Shown: positions 26,740 through 35,408 of the stretch, one piece after another | Layout of the letters: every line of letters starts with the position of its first letter | Numbering within the stretch: position 1 is the stretch's first letter | Assembly: GCA_050179755.1 (NCBI GenBank) | Contig: JBFXEV010000001.1 | Span: forward strand, 1,289,994-1,353,993 | Direction of reading: 5' to 3' | DNA: 64,000 bases | Source of the DNA: Candidatus Babeliales bacterium | GTDB taxonomy: Bacteria; Babelota; Babeliae; Babelales; JBFXEV01 | Notes under the pieces: model-generated | Database searches by the model: none | Seen by the model: the letters and a program-made list of their open reading frames with translations, nothing else | What the model was told of the DNA's origin: nothing | Made by a program: the position numbers and the translations under genes

Positions 26740-28860
26740 CTAACAAGCATGCATTTTCAATTTAGTATAATCCACTTTCGCTGTTGGCAAAGATACAGTT
26801 GATGGCACGTCTGGCAAAGTTGAATAAACCACGGCGCCGCGGAAAATAGTCAACTCGACTGCTGAATTTGCTACTGGCTCTAAATCTAGTACATCATTGG
26901 TTGCTTTAAACCGTTTGGCAAACGGGAACCAATTAGTATCCCACACCACTATATCGGCAGATTTACCAACTTCTATAGTGCCAATCTCACGTTCAAGCAG
27001 AATCTGTTTTGCAGTATTTCGCGTATAAGATGCTATCAATCTATCAAGCGGGTAAATACGCTCATCGTCTAGATCTCCCAAATTAGGCTTTAATGGGCCG
27101 ACTGGAATTGGCTCAGTAACCAAATCTTGTGGAAAATCAGTATAAGAATAGGTATGAGCAAGATCGGTAGTATAGGGGAATTTAACTTCATCACCATAAT
27201 TTGAATCATATACGCTTTGTGACAATAAACGTGTCATCCCCGTAAAAGTATGTTGATTATATTCTGGTAGCGCTACTGGAAAGTCACTGCCAGTCGCCAC
27301 ATTAATACCAAGATCAAACATGCTTTGGAATGGATATTGTTCATGGTACATTCTATTAAAACCTAGGCGAGGATAATAAAATGCACTCGTAAAAATGTCT
27401 ACCACTGGCCAAATAGGTGTTATACTTGCAGTAACTCCAAGTTGCGCCATTTTGGCAACATACTCATCGCTAATTAATTGCAAATGTGCCATTGCAGGCC
27501 GCATATTCTTTGATACCCCAGCACTTTGCAATGAATCTACTGCGCGCTTTGCAGCACCATCACCAATAGTATGAACGTGTATTTGAAATTGAGCATTATT
27601 TGCTTGCGCCATTGATGCAGTAAGATCTGAATTAGCCCAGAAATCAAGCCCACGATAATTTGTAGTACAATTACAACAAGGAGATGGTGGAAAAAAAGTG
27701 TCACAATACGGCTCAACCAAGAGCGCAGTCCCTACTTCACCACCTTCAAGAATACCGTCAACAAAAAATTTAACCGTATTCACTCTAAATAATGCATTTG
27801 GATCATTGTATTCAATTTTAAACTGTGCGGCCAAAGCAATTTGTTGCGCTGGAGTCAACGCAGCTTGAGATAAATCTGCAGGGTTGATATACCACGAAGC
27901 ACGTACTCTGCATGGCAAAAGTTCAGTCTGTGCCAATTCATTCACATAATCCTGATACGTTTTTTGCAAGGATATAGTTCCATATGCAGTATTCATTGCA
28001 TCAAATAGTGTAGTAACTCCCAGAGAATTATAAAATGCCAATAAACTGAGATAAACTTCTTTAAATAATTCTTTATCAACAAGAGGCAATGCATTTGTTA
28101 CTAACGTGAGAGCATTTTCATTTAACTGACCGGTTGCCAAATTTTCCAGTGGATCACCTGCAGGATAGCGCTCAATCAAGCCATTTACCGGTTGCGTTGG
28201 AAAAGGATACAGTGTATTTAGATCGAGCAATGCAATAAATTGAGAATTTATCCAATAACTGTGTCCATTCTGTTCAAATATTGCCGATGGTCGATCTGGC
28301 ACAGCGGCATCTAAATCTAAAGCGGTAGGCGAAAGCACATTCCCAGTATCTGCTTGAAAGAGCGCACGATTATAATTATATCCTAAAATAAAATCTAGCT
28401 CCGGATTTTCATCTGCAAATCTCTTGATGTTTGCAAGCATTTCTGCCCCGCTCGTTGCTGTAGAGCCATCTTCATTAACCAAAACATCTACACCCACCGA
28501 TACAACTGTAGCAACATAACTGGGGTGCGAATGAGATTCTACAAAACCAGGCAACGTCATCCTGCCATCTAAATCTATAACTTGCGTATCTTTTCCAATA
28601 AACTTTCTCGTACATTTATTTGAACCAACAGCACAAATCTTGCCATCCTTGATTGCAACACTTTGCACTACTTCATTGTTTACACCAGTATAAATAAATC
28701 CATTAATGAGTACCGTATCGGCATTGCGGCATTTTGATGTACAACAGCTGCTTCTATCGCGCCAACTCTCCGTCGTTTTTGATTGCATAGGTAGAAAAGT
28801 TACACTGAATATAAGATTACACAACATAAGCGGGGTGCTTAAAAAATTAGAATACTTCAA
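26740..28860 (-). CDS. Metal-dependent amidohydrolase (Amidohydro_3/YtcJ-like) with N-terminal signal
   Basis: LPGFVESHSH, KFFVDG, HVHTIGD, AHLQ, GSDFPV, GTIEVGKSADIVV. Confidence 0.88.
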   Translation of the reverse strand: MKYSNFLSTPLMLCNLIFSVTFLPMQSKTTESWRDRSSCCTSKCRNADTVLINGFIYTGVNNEVVQSVAIKDGKICAVGSNKCTRKFIGKDTQVIDLDGRMTLPGFVESHSHPSYVATVVSVGVDVLVNEDGSTATSGAEMLANIKRFADENPELDFILGYNYNRALFQADTGNVLSPTALDLDAAVPDRPSAIFEQNGHSYWINSQFIALLDLNTLYPFPTQPVNGLIERYPAGDPLENLATGQLNENALTLVTNALPLVDKELFKEVYLSLLAFYNSLGVTTLFDAMNTAYGTISLQKTYQDYVNELAQTELLPCRVRASWYINPADLSQAALTPAQQIALAAQFKIEYNDPNALFRVNTVKFFVDGILEGGEVGTALLVEPYCDTFFPPSPCCNCTTNYRGLDFWANSDLTASMAQANNAQFQIHVHTIGDGAAKRAVDSLQSAGVSKNMRPAMAHLQLISDEYVAKMAQLGVTASITPIWPVVDIFTSAFYYPRLGFNRMYHEQYPFQSMFDLGINVATGSDFPVALPEYNQHTFTGMTRLLSQSVYDSNYGDEVKFPYTTDLAHTYSYTDFPQDLVTEPIPVGPLKPNLGDLDDERIYPLDRLIASYTRNTAKQILLEREIGTIEVGKSADIVVWDTNWFPFAKRFKATNDVLDLEPVANSAVELTIFRGAVVYSTLPDVPSTVSLPTAKVDYTKLKMHAC

Positions 28861-29059
28861 AATAAATTCCTTTCTTTAATAAACTTACTATTACTTAGAC
28901 TATTGTTAGTATATACATAACCGAGGAACCAATGTCAACAAATTGCCCTTCGCAGGTAGCGCCCATAAAATTGATTTATACGAGCGTAAAATATTGCTTC
29001 ATCATCACCCCTTATGCAAAACTAAAGATAAGAACTACATTTAAGCATAGGAGGTTATC

Positions 29060-29878
29060 ATGCAAACAAAAAATTATTTTTTTCTTTTCACCCTATTCTC
29101 TTTTATAATCCAAACAAACACCGCACAACCACAAAAAAAAGCAATCGTCATTGGTGCAACTTCAGGCATTGGCAAAGCCATTGCGCAAGAACTAGTTAAA
29201 AATAATTATATTGTGGGAGTAACTGGCAGACGAGTAGGCTTACTTGAAGAACTCAAACAGACTTCCCCAGATCAGATTATTATACAAGAAATGGATGTGG
29301 AGCAAGTTGACCTCGCGCGCATGCAACTTAGTAATCTTATTACTCAATTAGGCACGGTAAACGTGTTTGTATTCAACAGCGCAACATGGCCAAAAGGCCC
29401 ACAAGATTTAACCGAAGATAAAGAAATTAATTGGAATTGTTTGCAACGAATGATGGATGTAAATGTTGCAGGTTTTGTAGGGCTTACTGAAACGATCTTA
29501 GATCAATTTAGAAAACAAGGGTATGGGCATTTGGTTGGCATTTCATCTGTTGATGCGATCCGCGGTTGTGCGGCAATCCCAATATACTGTGCATGCAAAA
29601 GCTTTATGTCTATATACCTTGAAGGATTGCGCAATAAATTTATTCAAACAAATACGCCGATTAATGTCACTGAAATTAGACCAGGTTGGGTGCAAACATC
29701 ATTTGAAATGGGGCCAGAAGCATACTGGGTTTCTACGCCAGAAGTTATTGCACCGCAAATTGTTGAATCAATTCATAATAATGAAAAAGTTGCGTATGTT
29801 ACGCGGCGTTGGAAATTAATTGGTTGGTTGCTGACTATTTGCCCTGATTGGATTTATAATAAAATGGGTGGGTTTTAG
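29060..29878 (+). CDS. Short-chain dehydrogenase/reductase with N-terminal signal-like segment
   Basis: IGATSGIG Rossmann motif, ISS, YCACK (YxxxK), RPGWV; GGAGG RBS. Confidence 0.9.
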   Translation: MQTKNYFFLFTLFSFIIQTNTAQPQKKAIVIGATSGIGKAIAQELVKNNYIVGVTGRRVGLLEELKQTSPDQIIIQEMDVEQVDLARMQLSNLITQLGTVNVFVFNSATWPKGPQDLTEDKEINWNCLQRMMDVNVAGFVGLTETILDQFRKQGYGHLVGISSVDAIRGCAAIPIYCACKSFMSIYLEGLRNKFIQTNTPINVTEIRPGWVQTSFEMGPEAYWVSTPEVIAPQIVESIHNNEKVAYVTRRWKLIGWLLTICPDWIYNKMGGF

Positions 29879-30567
29879 CTAAAACTTAGTTCCTCTATTG
29901 GCCTGGCAATGATCTGCAGCCATGTTTCATCACAAGAAAGAAACAAAATCTCATATCCTTGTTTTACCAATAAGGCCCTAATTTTTTCTTCATTCCAATA
30001 ACAATAATATCTTGGCAAACCCACTTTTTCAGTCGACCATTCTTCCCCTTCTCCATATTTTACAGAAAAAGATAAAATGCCATTACGTTTAAGACTTTGA
30101 TGTATTTTTGCAAGTACTTCAGCCATTTCACTAGGCTGAAAGTGTAAAAATACAGCATTAGCAAAAATTAAATCATATGTTTCATCAAATTGGTCTGTGA
30201 GAATATTAAATAAGCGCGCGGAATATCCATTTTTACATAACAAATCAACAAATCCTTGAGTAGCATCAGTGCGATCTACCATAAATCCAAATGATTCTAG
30301 ATAGTTGGCATCACGCCCAAAGGCTGACCCAATTTCAAGAATAGCTGCTCCAGGTCTCAAAAAACTCACCGTTGTATCCATCCAATCTTTAAAACAACCA
30401 GTTACTTAATTAGTAGTTCCGTTCTGATACTCATCAACGCGAGATTCGTATGATTGCAAAGTAATATTATTATTTGACACAGATTGATCCATCTCGTTCT
30501 CATAAGATTTCGCTGTTAAAAAAATAATCATTAACAAAGACGTTAAATATCTAAAATCTATTTTCAT
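29875..30567 (-). pseudogene. Class I SAM-dependent methyltransferase with in-frame stop
   Basis: ILEIGSAFGRDA, YDLIFANAVFLH; frame continues upstream to ATG 30567 through a single TAA at 30406-30408. Confidence 0.7.
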
Positions 30568-30722
30568 CATTCTAACTCTGTCTATGCATATCTAATGACG
30601 TGATTAACTATAAATACTAAAATTATTCCACTAAAGAACAAACTTGTCTAGTTATTTCTCTATAGTTAATAATACATTCTCATGGAAATGACTCGAGCTA
30701 CCATTGCGCAGTGCGTATTAAA

Positions 30723-30778
30723 AAAATTTGGAAAAGAAGCAAAAAAAAAGAGTCACTATCAAAATTGATAATGACTCT
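30723..30778. repeat. Direct-repeat copy 1 of the tRNA-Gln downstream terminator
   Basis: AAAATTTGGAAAAGAAGCAAAAAAAAAGAGTCACTATCAAAATTGATAATGACTCT is nearly identical to 32195-32249. Confidence 0.85.
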
Positions 30779-30849
30779 TATATCTATAACACTTGGAGTT
30801 GCAAATAATCTAGTCTCAGAGCACGAATATTACGGGGCAACGAATCAGT

Positions 30850-31614
30850 CTATGGTTTGTTTCTCACAGTTATCTTCATATGCTGATAATGACTTGTCGA
30901 ATCAGCTCCATGTTCTTTTAAGTATTGCGCAATGCGCCATTGTGAATTCATAACAGCCAAGTCATTTGGCGTTATTTCAACACCCGCAATAAACGTTTTA
31001 GCATTAACATCATTCTTATATTTTTCAATTAATAACTTAACCACATGCTCAGCACCATAAAAGACTGCAGATGACAATAAGGAAAATTGTCCTTGCTTCA
31101 TAGAGATAGGACCAGTTTTTGCGCCATGTTTAAGTAAAAAATCAGTCGCTTCCACATTATCAAACGCTATAGCCTGATATAAGGGTGCTTGGCCATTTGC
31201 ATTGAGTTTATTTACATCAAAACCTTCATCAATAAGTAGCTGTAAAAAAGGTACTTTATTATTAAGTGCAGCAATATCCATGACATTTGCACCAGATTGA
31301 TTTACTTGATTTCTATCAACACCTTTTTTAAGCAATAATTTTCCCGTGTTTACAGCACCTCTATCCGCCGCAATAAATAATGCATTTGTAAGGTGAGGAT
31401 CAAATTTCATTTTGAGTAATCCAGGGTATTCATCAAGCACTTTTGCTAACTTATCTGCATTGTCTTGATCGATTGCTTGAACCATTCGATCAATAATCTC
31501 TTTACTAATCGTTTCGCTTTTTTTACTAGGCTGCGCAGGCTTTTCCATTGCAAGAACGCTGCCGGTCTCAATTAATAGTATGCTAGCTAAAGCTAATATA
31601 TATTTTTTATTCAT
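30850..31614 (-). CDS. Secreted ankyrin-repeat protein
   Basis: GGAG RBS; signal ending SVLA|MEK; NALFIAA, GANVMDIAA, GQAPLYQAI. Confidence 0.85.
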   Translation of the reverse strand: MNKKYILALASILLIETGSVLAMEKPAQPSKKSETISKEIIDRMVQAIDQDNADKLAKVLDEYPGLLKMKFDPHLTNALFIAADRGAVNTGKLLLKKGVDRNQVNQSGANVMDIAALNNKVPFLQLLIDEGFDVNKLNANGQAPLYQAIAFDNVEATDFLLKHGAKTGPISMKQGQFSLLSSAVFYGAEHVVKLLIEKYKNDVNAKTFIAGVEITPNDLAVMNSQWRIAQYLKEHGADSTSHYQHMKITVRNKP

Positions 31615-31726
31615 ATTACTTCTCCATAAAAACCAGGTTAAAATATCAGAGATAGGGCTTTTTGCCCTTCTCTATCATAATTTAACACAAATAGAATAGT
31701 GACATCAACAGTCTTGTGAAAATCAG

Positions 31727-32040
31727 CAGGGCAAACGCATTTAAAAGCGTTTATTTAAGGGATTATTCATACCGCTCACCCTGAGTGATTCTGCTAAGCG
31801 TTAGCGATTCAGAATAGTATCGAAGGGTCAACGCGGGAAAATGTTATAGCCCTGAAAACTTAATAAAAATTAAATTAACAATGCGCTCTTTAAACCCTTC
31901 GATACATTTTTCCTAACGGAAAAACACTCAGGGTGAGCGGTTTTTATAAGATATTAGTCAAATGTTCGATATCAAGAAACAATCGAATTTTAAAAAAGCG
32001 AATTACCTTTATCTACGCAATTTTAAATGCGTTTGCCCTG
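31727..32040. mobile_element. 314-bp non-autonomous MITE with ISAs1-like ends carrying an inverted REP pair
   Basis: Perfect 20-bp TIR CAGGGCAAACGCATTTAAAA (31727-31746 / 32021-32040); 9-bp direct repeat GAAAATCAG at 31718-31726 and 32041-32049. Confidence 0.85.
31771..31941. repeat. Inverted doublet of long-form REP-like elements (31771-31836 and 31884-31941)
   Basis: ACCGCTCACCCTGAGTG...GTATCGAAGGGT and reverse complement. Confidence 0.8.
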
Positions 32041-32194
32041 GAAAATCAGGGAAAATACGATACTGTGTTTGATTTGATTTTTAAACGAAACTTTTTCGAA
32101 TTAATGACCTCAATCCTAAGGTAGGCAAAAACATATAAAAAGGCAAACGCCTTCATATATGTTATGTGAGCATTCACAAAAGATTACGTGTTAC

Positions 32195-32249
32195 AAAATT
32201 TGGAAAAGAAGCAAAAAAAAGAGTCACTATCAAAATTGATAATGCCTCT
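32195..32249 (-). terminator. tRNA-Gln downstream terminator (direct-repeat copy 2)
   Basis: AGAGTCACTATCA...TGATAATGCCTCT hairpin followed by a T-run on the minus strand. Confidence 0.7.
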
Positions 32250-32262
32250 AATAAAATCAATG

Positions 32263-32337
32263 TGGCTGGGGCGGAAGGGATCGAACCTCCGAATGTCCGG
32301 ACCAAAACCGGATGCCTTACCACTTGGCTACGCCCCA
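32263..32337 (-). tRNA. tRNA-Gln(UUG)
   Basis: TGGGGCGTAGCCAAGTGGTAAGGCATCCGGTTTTGGTCCGGACATTCGGAGGTTCGATCCCTTCCGCCCCAGCCA; anticodon TTG; encoded CCA. Confidence 0.96.
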
Positions 32338-32359
32338 ACAAAATTTTTCAAGATGCTTA

Positions 32360-32647
32360 TTACTTACTCGGGGCTTTTTCTAACTTATCAAATTCCTCTA
32401 CCACCATTTTTTCAATAAGCGTACGGGTTTCTGCGTTTAACGGATGTACAATATCACGGAATGAACCATCTTGCTTTTTGCGGGAAGGCATCGATATAAA
32501 TAAGCCTTTTTCTCCCTCAATAATTTTCACATCGCGTACAATAATCCGAAGATTTGGTTCCCCGCTACTGCCAATTACAAACGTTGCATAGCCTTTAAGC
32601 CTTCCAGTATCGCGTACCGGGTAGACCTTTACTTCAGTTATTTCCAT
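32360..32647 (-). CDS. spoVG: SpoVG family nucleic-acid-binding protein
   Basis: MEITEVKV...KIIEGEKGLFISMPSRK..DGSFRDIVHPLN. Confidence 0.92.
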   Translation of the reverse strand: MEITEVKVYPVRDTGRLKGYATFVIGSSGEPNLRIIVRDVKIIEGEKGLFISMPSRKKQDGSFRDIVHPLNAETRTLIEKMVVEEFDKLEKAPSK

Positions 32648-32749
32648 GACTGCTACCTTTGGCTTTAGTTCCTACTCTGACCATCCAAGAATTTACTACG
32701 TCAAATCGGGATGAGCGGGAATATTAAAATCCCCCCTCTTTCGCCATTT

Positions 32750-32778
32750 AATGTACTAATTGAAAAAGGGTTTGTCAA
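32750..32778 (-). promoter_or_regulatory. Sigma70-type promoter for spoVG-tRNA-Gln
   Basis: TTGACA-17 nt-TACATT on the minus strand. Confidence 0.55.
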
Positions 32779-32785
32779 ACTTTTT

Positions 32786-33694
32786 TTAAGGTTTAATCTT
32801 TTCAATCGCCCGTAATTTAGCTGACCGCGAGCTGGGGTTTTCTGCAAGCTCTTTTTCCCCTGCCACCACCACGCGCTCAGTCAAGACCACAAACTCTGAA
32901 TTTTGCTCTTTTTCTCTCTCTCTAAAGTACTGTTTTACCAGCCTATCTTCAAGTGAATGAAAGCTAATGCACACGAGCCTGCCTCCAGGGGCAAGTAACC
33001 GAAGTGCAGCAGGCAAAAGAGCCTCAATTTGTTCAAGCTCATGATTAACCGCGATCCGCAGCGCCTGAAAAATTTTAGTAGCCGGGTGAATTTTACGCCC
33101 TGCCCGTGGCGTAATTTTCTCAAGCAAGTCTGCAAGCTGCTTGGTTGTTTTAAACGGCTTTTTTACTCGTTCTTTCAAAATAGCATCTACTATATGCCTT
33201 GATTTATATTCTTCGCCATACACGGTAAATATATGTTGCAATTCTTTTTCACTCGCATGATTTATTATCATAGCAGCAGTAGTCTTCTGGTGAGAAGGCG
33301 ACATGCGCATATCAAGCGGCGTGTCTATTGAAAATGAAAATCCTGGCCTGCTTTTAATTTGATACTGTGAAGTGCCAAAATCTGCCAAAATACCATCAAT
33401 ATGCGGCAATGCCAACGGTTTTAATTTTTGCTCAATCTGTGCAAAATTACTCCACACAAATTCCAGCCTATCTCCAAACTCTTCTTGCAGTTGTTCTCCA
33501 TTTAATTCAAATGCTTTCAAATCCCAATCCATTGCAATTACTCTGCAGGTTGGCTCTTTTAGAAGGATCGCGCGCGTGTGCCCGCCACCACCAAACGTAC
33601 AGTCTACATATATACCATTGGGTTGAGGATTAAGATAGGTAAGTACTTCTTCTACTAAAACGGGAATGTGATAGGTTTGTGCTGATGTATTCAT
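32786..33694 (-). CDS. rsmH: 16S rRNA m4C1402 methyltransferase RsmH
   Basis: HIPVL, DCTFGGGGH, PLDMRM, FQALRIAVN, ISFHSLEDR, RSAKLR. Confidence 0.96.
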   Translation of the reverse strand: MNTSAQTYHIPVLVEEVLTYLNPQPNGIYVDCTFGGGGHTRAILLKEPTCRVIAMDWDLKAFELNGEQLQEEFGDRLEFVWSNFAQIEQKLKPLALPHIDGILADFGTSQYQIKSRPGFSFSIDTPLDMRMSPSHQKTTAAMIINHASEKELQHIFTVYGEEYKSRHIVDAILKERVKKPFKTTKQLADLLEKITPRAGRKIHPATKIFQALRIAVNHELEQIEALLPAALRLLAPGGRLVCISFHSLEDRLVKQYFREREKEQNSEFVVLTERVVVAGEKELAENPSSRSAKLRAIEKIKP

Positions 33695-33760
33695 ATTTTT
33701 TAGTGTACCAGAGAAGCATAAAAAGGCGAGGATTCTTGTTCAAGAACCCTCCCGAACTAT

Positions 33761-33930
33761 CCGCTCGATATACCTTTCGATACATTCTTCTTCGCCTCGA
33801 GGCTCGAAGAACACTCAAGGCGAGCGGTTCTAAGACGTTTTTAATTCCGCTCACCCCTAGTGGTTCTCCCCCCGCTCGTCCTGAGCTTGTCGAAGGATAG
33901 TAAAGTAGGATTGTATTGAAGTCTTGAGCG
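33761..33930. repeat. Inverted REP doublet; second unit has a short-form element nested in a long-form element
   Basis: 33761-33827 reverse long form; 33847-33930 long form containing CCTGAGCTTGTCGAAGG at 33880. Confidence 0.75.
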
Positions 33931-33937
33931 ACTCAAT

Positions 33938-35368
33938 TTACTTATTTAAACCCACCTGCGTGTCTTTGCTTACTCCGGCGGACAGGCAAACTTCTTTTAC
34001 AAGCTGATCCAACTCAATAGCGCGTGAGCCTTTAACCAGCACTAACGAATTACCGTCAAGCTGCTTTAAAAGAACCTGCTTTGCTTCTTGCCAATTAGGC
34101 ACAAGCTCCACGTTCACACCAACTGGTATTGTTTTTTTGGTCCAAGCAACTTGCGTACCCACCAAAACTACTGATTGAAGTGATGGTATTTTGCGCAAGA
34201 ATCTGCCAAGTTGACGGTGCCAAAAGGGGCTAGTTGCTCCAAGCTCTGTCATATCACCTAATACTGCAATTTTTGTAGCAAGCGTGTCATAGCGTTCAAA
34301 GGCAAGCAATGCAGCCTTCATGCTTTCAGGGCTTGCATTATAAGAATCATTAATCATCATGCCTTTGTTGCCTATAAGCGGGCATGGATCAAAACGACCA
34401 GAAATAGAAATGTTTTCTTGAATACCTTGTACAATAATAGGTGCTGGAATATTAAGCAAATATGCACAAGCAGTTGCTGCAAGCGCATTATCTACCACAC
34501 CCTTAAGATGTGACGTTAATTTTACCTGATATTTCTCTTTATATAATTTAAGCACAAAATTAATATGCTGGCCGCTTTGATTTACTTTACGAGCTTGCAC
34601 TTGATTAGTTGTTTTTTGGCCAAACTTAATTACTGGATGATTATATGCTACATGTGAAAGCAATTTCTGATCACCATTCACTATGCCAATATTGTGCTCT
34701 TTAAAGAATGCAAATATTTCACGCTTTTCAGACGCAATATCAGAAAGAGAACCAAGGCCTTCCATATGACAGTGGCCTATAGCAGTAATTACCGCAATTG
34801 TTGGTTGTGCAATGGCAACAAGACGCCGCATTTCACCACGTTTATTAATACCAAGCTCAAAAACGGCAACTTCATGCTCAGAGCGCATACGTAATATATT
34901 TAATGAAACACCGATAACTGTATTTTGATTACCATAGGAAGCAAGATAATTTTTACCAGCAAGTGAAAGAATATGCGCAACACGTTCTTTTACCGATGTT
35001 TTACCAAACGATCCCGTAATACAAACTACTGGAATGTTAAATTGCGCACGCCATGCAGTTGCCAGAGCAAGTAATGCTTCTAGCGTATTTGGCACCACCA
35101 TAACACATAATTTTTTTAAGATGCTTGCATCAATTTTTTTTAAACAATCTTTTTTTGATTGCTCAATCATTAGGCCAGCCGCACCCTGCGCAATAGCTTG
35201 CTCAATAAAATCATGGCCATCAACCTTTGCACCTTTAAGTGCAATAAAAATTTCTCCCGCACTTATTTTACGGGAATCTACGCCAAATGTTTTTAAAATT
35301 GGAACTGGTTGATACAAAAAATTTATACCCGGTACCGCTTTAACAATAAATTCCTCATTCAAATGCAT
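33938..35368 (-). CDS. murF: UDP-MurNAc-tripeptide:D-Ala-D-Ala ligase MurF
   Basis: DSRKI, DGHDF, ITGSFGKT, INDSYNASPES, LGDMTELG, VKGSR. Confidence 0.92.
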   Translation of the reverse strand: MHLNEEFIVKAVPGINFLYQPVPILKTFGVDSRKISAGEIFIALKGAKVDGHDFIEQAIAQGAAGLMIEQSKKDCLKKIDASILKKLCVMVVPNTLEALLALATAWRAQFNIPVVCITGSFGKTSVKERVAHILSLAGKNYLASYGNQNTVIGVSLNILRMRSEHEVAVFELGINKRGEMRRLVAIAQPTIAVITAIGHCHMEGLGSLSDIASEKREIFAFFKEHNIGIVNGDQKLLSHVAYNHPVIKFGQKTTNQVQARKVNQSGQHINFVLKLYKEKYQVKLTSHLKGVVDNALAATACAYLLNIPAPIIVQGIQENISISGRFDPCPLIGNKGMMINDSYNASPESMKAALLAFERYDTLATKIAVLGDMTELGATSPFWHRQLGRFLRKIPSLQSVVLVGTQVAWTKKTIPVGVNVELVPNWQEAKQVLLKQLDGNSLVLVKGSRAIELDQLVKEVCLSAGVSKDTQVGLNK

Positions 35369-35408
35369 GCATGTTCCCTAATGTTTTTGTGCTAGCTTAT
35401 ATCTTTAA

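Noticed and set aside
30406..30408. Stop-codon reassignment or readthrough
   Set aside because: Single case; TAA terminates many genes normally in this window
31680..31963. dif-like half sites (ATTTAACACAA; GGTTTTTATAAGATATTAGTCAAAT)
   Set aside because: Only one arm matches or spacing is wrong; expected by chance in AT-rich DNA
30711..32591. ORFs 30711..30953, 32166..32591 and 32188..32418
   Set aside because: They are read through the duplicated terminator or antisense to the tRNA and spoVG
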